Assembly (NCBI GenBank): GCA_035285125.1
Contig: JAYKHR010000079.1
Coordinates: forward strand, 1-25,854
Direction of reading: 5' to 3'
DNA from: Candidatus Sericytochromatia bacterium
Lineage (GTDB): Bacteria > Cyanobacteriota > Sericytochromatia > S15B-MN24 > JAQBPE01
DNA length: 25,854 bases
Made by a program: the position numbers and the translations under genes. Position 1 is the stretch's first letter, and the number at the start of each line of letters is the position of its first letter. The notes beneath the pieces are model-generated. The model did not search any database and had not been told where the DNA came from. It worked only from the letters and a program-made list of their open reading frames with translations. Positions 14,129 through 22,467 of this stretch are shown piece after piece.

Positions 14129-16213
14129 ATGACGTGTGCCCCCCTGCCCCTCTCTCCCCGCCTGCGCCGCTCGGGCGTGAAGCTGGCGATCGCCACCGGC
14201 CTGCTTGCGCTGGGGGCTGCTCCAGCCGTGGCCGGGCTGGGAGGCTGGACCGGGGGCGACCCTGCCGTGCGGGCGCAGGACGACATGTTCCAGGCCGCCA
14301 ACGGCGGCTGGCTGAAGGCCGCCGCCATCCCCGCCGACAAGCGGGCCTACGGGACCTTCCTGCAGCTCCGGGAGCGCTCGGACGAGGAGGTGCGGGGGCT
14401 CCTCGAGGCCGCCTCGCGGGCCCCGGGCAAGGACGCTGATGCCCGCCTCATCGGCGCCTTTTATGGGGCCTTCAACGACACGGCCACCATCGACAGGCTC
14501 GGCCTGGCGCCGCTGGCGCGGGAGCTCGCCCGCATCGGCCACCTGAAGTCCCTGCGGGACGTGGCGCGTCACCTCGGCGACCTGGGCAGCATGGGGGTGG
14601 GCAGCCCGCTGGGGGTGTGGGTGCAGGCCGACGCCAAGGACCCCACCATCAACACGGTGTACTGGACGCACGGCGGGCTTGGCCTGCCCGACCGGGAAGA
14701 CTACCTCAGCAAGGACGAGAAGGCCGCGGCTCGGCGGGCCGCGTACAAGACCTACCTCGAGACCCTGTTCGCGCTCGCGGCCGGAGACGCGCGCTGCCCC
14801 GTCGCCGACCAGGCGGACGAGCGCCCGGCGGCCGAGCTGGCTGCGGACGTGCTCGCCTTCGAGACCCGCCTGGCCGAGATCCACTGGAAGCGCGTCGACC
14901 GCCGCGACCCCCTCAAGACTTACAACCCGATGCCGCTCGCCGAGCTGCCCGCGGCCTTCGGCTCGGACTTCGACTGGGGCGCCTACGCCGGGGCCACCGG
15001 CATCCCGGCAGGCAGCACCGTGGTGATCCGGGAGACCAGCTTCTTCAAGGGCTTCGGGCCGCTGGCGGCCACCACCACGATGGACACCTGGCGCGCCTAC
15101 ATGCGCGCCCGCCTGCTCGACAGCGCGGCCTCGATGCTGCCGGCGGCCTACCGCCGGGCGAGCTTCGAGTTCCACGGCCGGGCCCTCACGGGGCTGCAAG
15201 AGCCCGAGAAGCGCTGGAAGAGCGCCGTGCAGGAGACCAACGGGTACGTCGGCGAGGCGATCGGCAAGCGCTTCGTGGCGCTGCACTTCCCCCCGCAGGC
15301 GAAGGCGCGGATGCAGCGCCTGGTGCGTCACCTGCTGGAGGTGTACCGCGAGGGGCTCACCGGCCTGGCCTGGATGACGCCCGAGACCCGCCAGGAGGCG
15401 CTGACGAAGCTCGCCGGGATGCGCGTGAAGATCGGGTACCCCGACGTGTGGCGCGGCTACCCGGGGCTGACGTTCGACCGCCAAGACGCCGTCGGCAACG
15501 CCCTGCGCGCGGCCCGGTTCCTGCACGCCCGCGACCTCGCCGAGATCGGCAAGCCCGTCGACCGCACGCGCTGGATGATGGAGCCGCAGGTCGTCAATGC
15601 CTACTACAGCCCGCTCGGCAACGAGATCGTCTTCCCCGCCGCGATCCTGCGCCCGCCGTTCTTCGACATGCAGGGCGATGACGCTTTCAACTACGGGGCG
15701 ATCGGCGCCGTCATCGGCCATGAGATCAGCCACGGCTTCGACGACTCGGGCCGCCGCTACGACGCCGAGGGGCGCCTGCGCGACTGGTGGACGCCGGCCG
15801 ACGAGGCCGCCTTCAAGGCCCGGGCTGACCGCCTCGTGGCCCAGTACGGCGCCTACGAGCCGCTGCCGGGCCTCAAGGTCGACGGCCAGCTGACGCTGGG
15901 CGAAAACATCGCCGACCTCGCGGGCGTGGCGATGGCCTACCGGGCCTACGAGCGCAGCCTCGGCGGCAAGGCCGCCCCGGTCAAGGACGGCCTGACGGGG
16001 GCGCAGCGGTTCTTCCTGGGCTATGCCCGCGTGTGGCGCTCGAAGAGCCGCCCGGAGTGGCTCCGGACGCGCCTTCAGGTGGACACGCACTCGCCCGAGC
16101 AGTACCGGGTCAACGGCGTGCTGACGAACCTGGACGCCTTCCATGAGGCCTTTGGATTGAAGCCCGGCGACGGGATGTTCAAGGCCTCCGCGGAGCGGGT
16201 GCGGATCTGGTGA
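14129..16213 (+). CDS. M13 family (neprilysin/PepO-like) zinc metalloendopeptidase, probably secreted
   Basis: QDDMFQAANGGW, GLGLPDREDY, KIGYPD, VNAYY, HEISH (HExxH), GENIAD and HSPEQYRVNG; N-terminal signal-like segment. Confidence 0.95.
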   Translation: MTCAPLPLSPRLRRSGVKLAIATGLLALGAAPAVAGLGGWTGGDPAVRAQDDMFQAANGGWLKAAAIPADKRAYGTFLQLRERSDEEVRGLLEAASRAPGKDADARLIGAFYGAFNDTATIDRLGLAPLARELARIGHLKSLRDVARHLGDLGSMGVGSPLGVWVQADAKDPTINTVYWTHGGLGLPDREDYLSKDEKAAARRAAYKTYLETLFALAAGDARCPVADQADERPAAELAADVLAFETRLAEIHWKRVDRRDPLKTYNPMPLAELPAAFGSDFDWGAYAGATGIPAGSTVVIRETSFFKGFGPLAATTTMDTWRAYMRARLLDSAASMLPAAYRRASFEFHGRALTGLQEPEKRWKSAVQETNGYVGEAIGKRFVALHFPPQAKARMQRLVRHLLEVYREGLTGLAWMTPETRQEALTKLAGMRVKIGYPDVWRGYPGLTFDRQDAVGNALRAARFLHARDLAEIGKPVDRTRWMMEPQVVNAYYSPLGNEIVFPAAILRPPFFDMQGDDAFNYGAIGAVIGHEISHGFDDSGRRYDAEGRLRDWWTPADEAAFKARADRLVAQYGAYEPLPGLKVDGQLTLGENIADLAGVAMAYRAYERSLGGKAAPVKDGLTGAQRFFLGYARVWRSKSRPEWLRTRLQVDTHSPEQYRVNGVLTNLDAFHEAFGLKPGDGMFKASAERVRIW

Positions 16214-16238
16214 GCGGGGGGCCTGGCCCCTGAACGAA

Positions 16239-16266
16239 CAAGCCCCCCGGCCAGCCGGGGGGCTTG
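16239..16266. terminator. Terminator hairpin between the convergent M13 peptidase and pckG genes
   Basis: CAAGCCCCCCGG-CCAG-CCGGGGGGCTTG, a perfect 12-bp stem; on the minus strand it is followed by TTCGTTC. Confidence 0.8.
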
Positions 16267-16278
16267 CTGCGTCAGGCG

Positions 16279-18129
16279 CTACTCTTGCAGGTCGGGCGCC
16301 ATGCCCCACAGCCGCGGCGACCGCCACAGGCGGCACACCAGCAGCTCGCGCTCGAAGACCATCTCACGCGGCAGGCGGTCCACCAGCGTGAGGAAGAGCT
16401 CGTCGTGCATGAGCGTCTCGCGCTTCCAGTCCTCGCGGTCGACGCGCATCAGCTCGCCGAACTTCTCGAAGGAGAAGTCGAGCCCCTCCCAGTTGAGGTC
16501 GTCGTAGCGGGGCATCCAGCCCACGGGGCTCTCGACGGCGTAGGCGTTGCCGTGCATGCGCTTGAAGATCCACTCCAGCACCCGCATGTTCTCGCTGTAG
16601 CCTGGCCAGAGGAAGCTGCCACCCTCGTCCTGGCGGAACCAGTTCACGTGGAAGATGCGCGGCGGCGCCGTGACCTCGCGGCCCATCTTGAGCCAGTGGC
16701 TCAGGTAGTCGCCCATGTGGTAGCCCGCGAAGGGCAGCATCGCCATCGGGTCGCGGCGCACCACCCCCACCTGGCCGGCCGCCGCCGCCGTGGTGGCGGA
16801 GCCCATCGTGGCGCCGAGGTACACGCCGTGCGTCCAGTTGAAGGACTGGAACACCAGCGGGACGAGCGAGGTCCGCCGGCCGCCGAAGATCATGCCGCTG
16901 ATGGGCACGCCGTGCGGGTCGTCGTAGGCGGGGTCGATCGTCGGGCACTGCTGGATGGGGGCCGTGAAGCGGGCGTTCGGGTGGGCCGCCTTGCGGCCGC
17001 AGTCCGGCGTCCACGCCTGGCCCGTCCAGTCGGTGCAGCTGGCTGGCGGCGTGTCCGTCATGCCCTCCCACCAGACGTCACCATCCGGCGTCAGCGCCAC
17101 GTTCGTGAAGATCGTGTTGGCCCGGATCGAGGCCATCGCGTTGGGGTTCGTCTTGTCGGAGGTGCCGGGCGCCACGCCGAAGAAGCCGTTCTCCGGGTTG
17201 ATGGCGTACAGCCTCCCGTCCTCGCCGGGGTGCATCCAGGCGATGTCGTCCCCGACAGTGGTGACCTTCCAGCCCGCGTAGGCGGCCGGCGGGATCAGCA
17301 TGGCGAAGTTGGTCTTGCCGCAGGCGCTGGGGAAGGCCGCCCCGAGGTAGCTCTTCTCGCCCTCCGGGCTCTCGACGCCCATGATGAGCATGTGCTCGGC
17401 CATCCAGCTCTCGTCGCGGCCCTGCACCGAGGCGATGCGCAGCGCGAAGCACTTCTTGCCGAGCAGGGCGTTGCCGCCGTACCCCGAGCCGAACGACCAG
17501 ATCTCCCGGTCGTCGGGGAAGTGCACGATGTACTTGTTGTCCTTGTTGCAGGGCCAGGCAGAGTCGGCCTCGCCGGTGGCCAGGGGGGCGCCGACGGAGT
17601 GCAGGCACTTCACGAACTCGCCGTCGGTGCCAAGGGCCTCCAGCACGCGGGTGCCCATGCGGGTCATGATCTTCATGTTCACGACGACGTAGGGCGAGTC
17701 GGAGATCTCCACGCCGAACTTGGCGTAGGGCGAGCCGAGGGGGCCCATGCAGAAGGGGACGACGTACATCGTGCGCCCCCTCATGCAGCCGGTGAACAGC
17801 CCCTTCAGGGTCCCCCGCATCTGGGCGGGCTCCATCCAGTTGTTGGTCGGGCCCGCCTCTTCCTGGCGCCGGCTGCAGATGAAGGTCCGGTCCTCGACGC
17901 GGGCCACGTCGCTGGCGTCCGAGCGGCACAGGAAGCTGTTCGGGCGCTTGGCCTCGTTCAGCTTGATGAAGGTGCCTGCCTCCACCATCTGGGCGCACAG
18001 CGCATCGTACTCGGCCTGAGACCCGTCACAGACCACGACTCGGTCCGGCTGGGTCAGCGCGGCGATCTCCTCAACCCAGGCGCGAAGGCGGGGGTGGGTG
18101 ATGGAGAGCGGGGTGGCGACAGTCGTCAT
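16279..18129 (-). CDS. pckG: Phosphoenolpyruvate carboxykinase (GTP)
   Basis: [72 protein letters not shown] and FGGRR. Strong RBS GGAGGAAGG before ATG 18129. Confidence 0.98.
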   Translation of the reverse strand: MTTVATPLSITHPRLRAWVEEIAALTQPDRVVVCDGSQAEYDALCAQMVEAGTFIKLNEAKRPNSFLCRSDASDVARVEDRTFICSRRQEEAGPTNNWMEPAQMRGTLKGLFTGCMRGRTMYVVPFCMGPLGSPYAKFGVEISDSPYVVVNMKIMTRMGTRVLEALGTDGEFVKCLHSVGAPLATGEADSAWPCNKDNKYIVHFPDDREIWSFGSGYGGNALLGKKCFALRIASVQGRDESWMAEHMLIMGVESPEGEKSYLGAAFPSACGKTNFAMLIPPAAYAGWKVTTVGDDIAWMHPGEDGRLYAINPENGFFGVAPGTSDKTNPNAMASIRANTIFTNVALTPDGDVWWEGMTDTPPASCTDWTGQAWTPDCGRKAAHPNARFTAPIQQCPTIDPAYDDPHGVPISGMIFGGRRTSLVPLVFQSFNWTHGVYLGATMGSATTAAAAGQVGVVRRDPMAMLPFAGYHMGDYLSHWLKMGREVTAPPRIFHVNWFRQDEGGSFLWPGYSENMRVLEWIFKRMHGNAYAVESPVGWMPRYDDLNWEGLDFSFEKFGELMRVDREDWKRETLMHDELFLTLVDRLPREMVFERELLVCRLWRSPRLWGMAPDLQE

Positions 18130-18197
18130 TGACTTTCCTTCCTCCTGCAAGTGCACGCCGGGCCCTCTCGCCGGGCCCTCCCATGGTGCACGCTCCG

Positions 18198-18206
18198 ATC
18201 GTACCA
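18198..18206 (-). promoter_or_regulatory. Extended -10 element (TGGTACGAT) for pckG
   Basis: TGnTAnnnT match in the intergenic region between the MFS gene and pckG. Confidence 0.5.
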
Positions 18207-18277
18207 GATCATGCGCCAACCAAGGCTCGCGGTCCTCGGATTCCGTGGGGAACCCGGAGGGCCGTGGGCGGGTCGGG

Positions 18278-19525
18278 TCAGGCCGGGTTGGCCGCCTGGG
18301 GGCCGGCCTGAAGCGGCTTGCGGCCGTGCGGGCCCGTCTCGGGCAGCAGCAGGCCGCCGACGGCCAGCACCCACGAGAATGCCGCCCAGATGGCCAGGCC
18401 CGGCACAAAGGAGCCGGCTGCGTCGTGCAGCCACCCGACGACCACGGGCGACAGCGACGAGAAGGTGTAGGCCACCGAGAACACCGTCCCCATCATCAGC
18501 GAGACGTGCTGGGGCGTGAGGCCGGGGAGCTCCATCGGGATCGTGAAGAGCGGCCCGACGTAGGTGAACAGGGCCACGCCGAGGGCGATCGCCGCGATCG
18601 TCAGGGTGATCGGGTCAGGGCTCAGGATCATCCCGAAGGCCGCCAGGCCCATCAGCCCCCCAGCCCCGACGATGAAAGGCCGGCGCAGGCCGAGGCGCTG
18701 CGAGGCGAAGCCCGCCAGGATGGCCGTCGGGATGCCCACGAGGTTGAACAGGCCGGTGTAGTTGGCCGCCATCGCCTGGGACATGCCGTAGGCCTCCGTG
18801 TAGTGCTTGGGCAGCCAGGTGTTGAAGGCCAGGTAGAGGGCCAGGGGGCCGGCGAAGGCGAGGGCGATGAGCCAGGTCTCGCGGAGGCGCCAGACGTCGG
18901 CATAAGACACGGAGGCCGCAGCCGGCGCTGGCGTGCCAGCGGCAGGCGCCGCGGCGACGGCCTCGCGGCCCAGCACGGCCCAGGCCAGCATCAGGGCGAC
19001 AGACAGCAGGCCGTAGGCGAGCAGCGTCTGGCGCCAGCCCACCGCCGTCGCCAGGGGCACCGTCGCGAAGAGCGTGACGGTGATGCCCGTGTTCACGGCC
19101 ACGTTGTTGATCGCGTTCACGAGCGGGCGCTCCCCGGCGGGGAACCACTGCATGACCATCGGGCCGAGCAGGGTCACGACGATTGCCCCGCCGATGCCGA
19201 ACACGAAGCGGGAGCCCAGGAAGACCTCGAAGCTTGGCGCGAAGGGCGCCAGCGCGGCGGCCGAGATGCACAGCGAGCCCAGCAGGATGGTGCGCTTGAG
19301 GCCGATGCGCACGGCCAGCAGCCCGGTCAGCAGGGGCGCGACGACCTTCGCGGCGGACACCATCGTCGTCAGCAGCCCGAGCTGTGCGAGGCCGATGCCG
19401 AAGTGGCCCTGCAGATCCCCCATCAGGGGCGTGATCGCGATCCACGAGAGGCCGAAGACGGCGTAGGTCAGGAACAGCAGCGCCTCGATCACGAAGCGGT
19501 AAGGGGTCGGGCGGTCGGCGGACAC
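18278..19525 (-). CDS. MFS transporter (CynX/NimT-like)
   Basis: About 12 hydrophobic segments; motif-A-like [11 protein letters not shown] and [25 protein letters not shown] precedes GTG at 19525. Confidence 0.9.
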   Translation of the reverse strand: MSADRPTPYRFVIEALLFLTYAVFGLSWIAITPLMGDLQGHFGIGLAQLGLLTTMVSAAKVVAPLLTGLLAVRIGLKRTILLGSLCISAAALAPFAPSFEVFLGSRFVFGIGGAIVVTLLGPMVMQWFPAGERPLVNAINNVAVNTGITVTLFATVPLATAVGWRQTLLAYGLLSVALMLAWAVLGREAVAAAPAAGTPAPAAASVSYADVWRLRETWLIALAFAGPLALYLAFNTWLPKHYTEAYGMSQAMAANYTGLFNLVGIPTAILAGFASQRLGLRRPFIVGAGGLMGLAAFGMILSPDPITLTIAAIALGVALFTYVGPLFTIPMELPGLTPQHVSLMMGTVFSVAYTFSSLSPVVVGWLHDAAGSFVPGLAIWAAFSWVLAVGGLLLPETGPHGRKPLQAGPQAANPA

Positions 19526-19613
19526 GGGCGGCACCTCCGGGGGCGGGCAGGGGGCTCGGTGGCTGGGGCGTCCCGCCGGGGCGGGCGGGGGGCGCGGTGA
19601 CAGAGACGTCCCC

Positions 19614-19646
19614 AGCATGCGCCAGGGACGTTTCAGGGGCGTTACA
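19614..19646 (-). promoter_or_regulatory. SARP/BTAD-type direct-repeat promoter upstream of the MFS gene
   Basis: TGTAACG-cccc-TGAAACG-N9-CATGCT; same architecture as 22239-22271. Confidence 0.65.
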
Positions 19647-19788
19647 GCTGGCCTGGCTGCCGCCCGGACACCCCGCCCGGGCACCTGCCCCCCGGTCTGA
19701 CGGCCCCCCGGACACGCCGCCCGTGCACCCGAGGGGCCGCCAGACCGGGCGCGCGGGCGGCAGGGCGCCCGCGGCCGGGGGGAGCGGC

Positions 19789-20529
19789 TCAGAGCACGAG
19801 GCCGCCGTCCACGCTCAGCGTGTGGCCGGTGACGAAGGCTGCGTCGGGCGAGGCCAGGAAGAGGTAGGCCCGTGCGATGTCCGCCGGCTGGCCGAGGCGC
19901 CCCAGCGGCGTCTTGTCGGCCATCATCGTGAGCACCTTCTCGGGCATGGCAGCCGTCATCTCGGTCTGGATGAAGCCGGGGGCCACCGCGTTCACGGTGA
20001 TGCCCTTGCGGGCGAGCTCGCGGGCCCAGGTCTTGGTCATCGCGATCACGCCGGCCTTGGTGGCGGCGTAGTTCGTCTGGCCGAAGTTGCCATACAGCCC
20101 GACCACGCTGGACGCGTTGATGATGGCGCCACGGCCCGCTGCGACCATCGCCGGCGCGACGGCCTGCGTGACGTTGAAGACGCCCTTCAGGTTGACGTCG
20201 AGGACGCGGTCGAACTGCTCGGCCGTCATCTTGAGCAGGGTGGCGTCCATCGTGATGCCCGCGTTGTTGATGAGCACGTCGATGCGCCCGTGGCGGGCGA
20301 GCACCTGGCTGACGACGGCGTCGACGTTCGGCCTGTCCGTCACGTCCATGGCGTGCGCGTCGGCCTGGCCGCCGGCCTCCCGGACCTGGGCTGCCACCTG
20401 CTCGGCGGCGTCGACGTCGCGGTCGCAGACGATGGCGACGGCGCCCTCGCGGGCGAACAGCCGCGCCGTCTCGGCGCCGATGCCCCGGCCGCCGCCGGTG
20501 ATGAGGACAACACGATCTGCCATGCGCAT
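19789..20529 (-). CDS. fabG: FabG/PhaB-like short-chain dehydrogenase (3-oxoacyl reductase family)
   Basis: TGGGRGIG, NNAG, SSVVG, GNFGQTNYAATK and NAVAPGFI. RBS AGAAAGGT before ATG 20529. It is a paralog outside the fab operon context. Confidence 0.88.
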   Translation of the reverse strand: MRMADRVVLITGGGRGIGAETARLFAREGAVAIVCDRDVDAAEQVAAQVREAGGQADAHAMDVTDRPNVDAVVSQVLARHGRIDVLINNAGITMDATLLKMTAEQFDRVLDVNLKGVFNVTQAVAPAMVAAGRGAIINASSVVGLYGNFGQTNYAATKAGVIAMTKTWARELARKGITVNAVAPGFIQTEMTAAMPEKVLTMMADKTPLGRLGQPADIARAYLFLASPDAAFVTGHTLSVDGGLVL

Positions 20530-20623
20530 GGGGAACACCTTTCTGGGAGATGGGGGATGAGAGGGTTGGCGCCGGGCTCCGCGGCCTCGAAGGCCGGGAG
20601 GGAGGGCGCCCGTCGGGCTCGCT

Positions 20624-20673
20624 CCCCTCGCCCTGCGGACGGGGAGAGGGTCCGCGTCAGCGGGGGTGAGGGG
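20624..20673 (-). repeat. Single REP/BoxC-like element (CCCTCACCCC...CCCTCTCCCC...GGGCGAGGGG)
   Basis: Imperfect hairpin with the upstream CCCTCACCCC tract typical of this widespread intergenic repeat; overlaps the acyl-CoA ligase stop. Confidence 0.4.
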
Positions 20674-22198
20674 TCGCCAGCACCTGGCCGAACTGCTTGC
20701 GCAGGTCTCCCTTCACCACCTTGCCGGTGGCGTTGCGGGGCAGCGAGGGGACGAACACGACGGAGCGCGGGAGCTTGTATCGGGCCACGTGCTCGCCGAG
20801 GTAGGCCAGCACGTCGGCCTCGGAGAGGGCGCCGGGGGTGCGCAGGGCGACGATGGCCCGGCCCACCTCGCCCCACTTCGCATCTGGCACGCCGATGATG
20901 GCGGCCTCTGCCACGTGGGGGTGGCGCGCGAGGTGGTTCTCGAGCTCTGCCGGGTACACGTTCTCGCCGCCGGAGATGAACATGTCTTTCTTGCGGTCGA
21001 CGATGTAGAAGTAGCCCTCGGCGTCCCGCCGCACGAGGTCGCCCGTGCGGAGCCAGCCGCCGGTGAACGCCGCGCGGGTGGCCGTCTCGTTGTTCCAGTA
21101 GCCAGGAAATACGTGGGGGCCCTTGATGAGCAGCTCGCCCGTCTCGCCGGGGGGGACGTCCTGGTCGTGGTCGTCCACGACGCGGACGTCGACGTGCATG
21201 TTGGGGAAGCCCACGGAGCCGGCCTTGCGCACGGCGTCCCGGGCGTCGAGCGTGAAGCAGTTGGGGCCCGCCTCCGTGAGGCCGTAGCCCTGCTTGAAGG
21301 TGAGGCCGCGGCCCGCGTACGCCTCGATCAGCGAGACGGGGCAGGGCGCGCCGCCCGAGATGAAGAAGCGCAGCGACGAGAGGTCGGCCGTCGCGAAGCC
21401 CTGCGACTCCAGCATCATCTGGAACATCGTGGGCACGGCGAAGACGACGGTGATGCGGTGCTCGTCGATGAGCTGCAGCGAGCGCACGGCGTCGAACTGC
21501 GGCATCAGCACGATCGTGCCGCCGCGGTGGATGAGGGGCGTCGTCAGCACGTTGAAGCCGCCCGTGTGGAAGAAGGGCGTGTGCGTCAGCGTGACGTCGT
21601 CGTGGCGCAGATCCCAGCCCACCTGGGTGTTGATGGCGTTCCAGGTGATGGTGCCATGCGTGAGGACGGCGCCCTTGGGGGCCCCCGTGGTGCCGGAGGT
21701 GTAGAGCACGAGGTGCGGGTCGTCGAGGGAGATGGCCGGCTCTGGCGGCGCCGCCTCGCTGGCCTGGGCCAGCAGCGCCTCGTAGTGACTCGCGTCGGCG
21801 GCTGCCTCGTAGGGCACGACGTGGGGGATGGGCAGCTGGCTGGTGACGGCGTGAACCGTCTGCTCGAAGTGGGGGCCGAAGAACAGCGCCTTCGGCGCGG
21901 CGTCGCCGAGGATGTACTGCACCTCGGCGGCCGCGAGCCGCCAGTTCACGGGCACGAGGATCGCGCCGAGCTTGCCGGCGGCGAAGAACAGCTCCAGCGT
22001 CTCGACGCAGTTGTGCGCCAGCACGGCTACGCGATCGCCCTTGCGGAGGCCGAGGTCGTGGTAGAGGGCGCGGGCGAGCGCATCCACGCGGTGGTGGAAC
22101 TCCCGGTACGTGATGCGGCGGTGCGTCGCCGTGCAGACGAGCGCGGTCTTTTCCGGCGTGTACATGGCCCAGCGGGCCAGCCAGTCTCCGAAGTGCAT
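20657..22198 (-). CDS. Acyl-CoA synthetase / AMP-dependent ligase (FadD/MenE-like)
   Basis: YTSGTTGAPKG, PFFHTGG, QGYGLTE, RTGD, DRKKDMFISGGENVYPAE and PRNATGK. Start set at ATG 22198 (MHFGDW). Confidence 0.93.
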   Translation of the reverse strand: MHFGDWLARWAMYTPEKTALVCTATHRRITYREFHHRVDALARALYHDLGLRKGDRVAVLAHNCVETLELFFAAGKLGAILVPVNWRLAAAEVQYILGDAAPKALFFGPHFEQTVHAVTSQLPIPHVVPYEAAADASHYEALLAQASEAAPPEPAISLDDPHLVLYTSGTTGAPKGAVLTHGTITWNAINTQVGWDLRHDDVTLTHTPFFHTGGFNVLTTPLIHRGGTIVLMPQFDAVRSLQLIDEHRITVVFAVPTMFQMMLESQGFATADLSSLRFFISGGAPCPVSLIEAYAGRGLTFKQGYGLTEAGPNCFTLDARDAVRKAGSVGFPNMHVDVRVVDDHDQDVPPGETGELLIKGPHVFPGYWNNETATRAAFTGGWLRTGDLVRRDAEGYFYIVDRKKDMFISGGENVYPAELENHLARHPHVAEAAIIGVPDAKWGEVGRAIVALRTPGALSEADVLAYLGEHVARYKLPRSVVFVPSLPRNATGKVVKGDLRKQFGQVLATPHPR

Positions 22199-22238
22199 GG
22201 GCGGTTGCCTCGGGTGCGGGGGGGGGGCGAACTTCCCC

Positions 22239-22271
22239 ACGGTAGAAGGCGGGCGTTACGGGGTCGTTACA
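22239..22271 (-). promoter_or_regulatory. SARP/BTAD-type direct-repeat promoter upstream of the acyl-CoA ligase
   Basis: TGTAACG-accc-CGTAACG-N9-TACCGT; same architecture as 19614-19646. Confidence 0.68.
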
Positions 22272-22293
22272 GGGCCTCTTTGCCGCTTGTGCG

Positions 22294-22467
22294 TCACTTG
22301 CGGCGGGACGTGCGAAGCTGGTAGGCGGCCAGCTCGGCGTCGTCCACCAGCCAGTCGCGGCCGACCTTTTGCGCCTTCAAGGCCCCGCGTTCACAGGCCT
22401 TGCGCAAGGCCACCGGGGTCAGTCCCGCGATCGCCGCGGCCGCGGGGGGCCATGGCGGCGCCCTCAA
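22294..22467 (-). CDS. Small excisionase-like helix-turn-helix protein (HTH_17); start uncertain
   Basis: AAAIAGLTPVALRKACERGALKAQKVGRDWLVDDAELAAY fits the Xis/HTH_17 pattern. An in-frame TTG at 22467 overlaps the regulator stop (TTGA); an ATG at 22453 is out of frame by one base. Confidence 0.7.
   Translation of the reverse strand: MRAPPWPPAAAAIAGLTPVALRKACERGALKAQKVGRDWLVDDAELAAYQLRTSRRK

Noticed and set aside
13847..18132. Long ORFs 13847-16336 (-) and 16264-18132 (+)
   Set aside because: Mirror frames of the M13 peptidase and pckG, whose motifs are unambiguous.
22218..22227. G10 homopolymer as a phase-variation switch
   Set aside because: It lies in the predicted 5' UTR, outside the coding frame and the promoter spacer. 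G8-G9 runs occur elsewhere (10153, 11252) in this GC-rich DNA.
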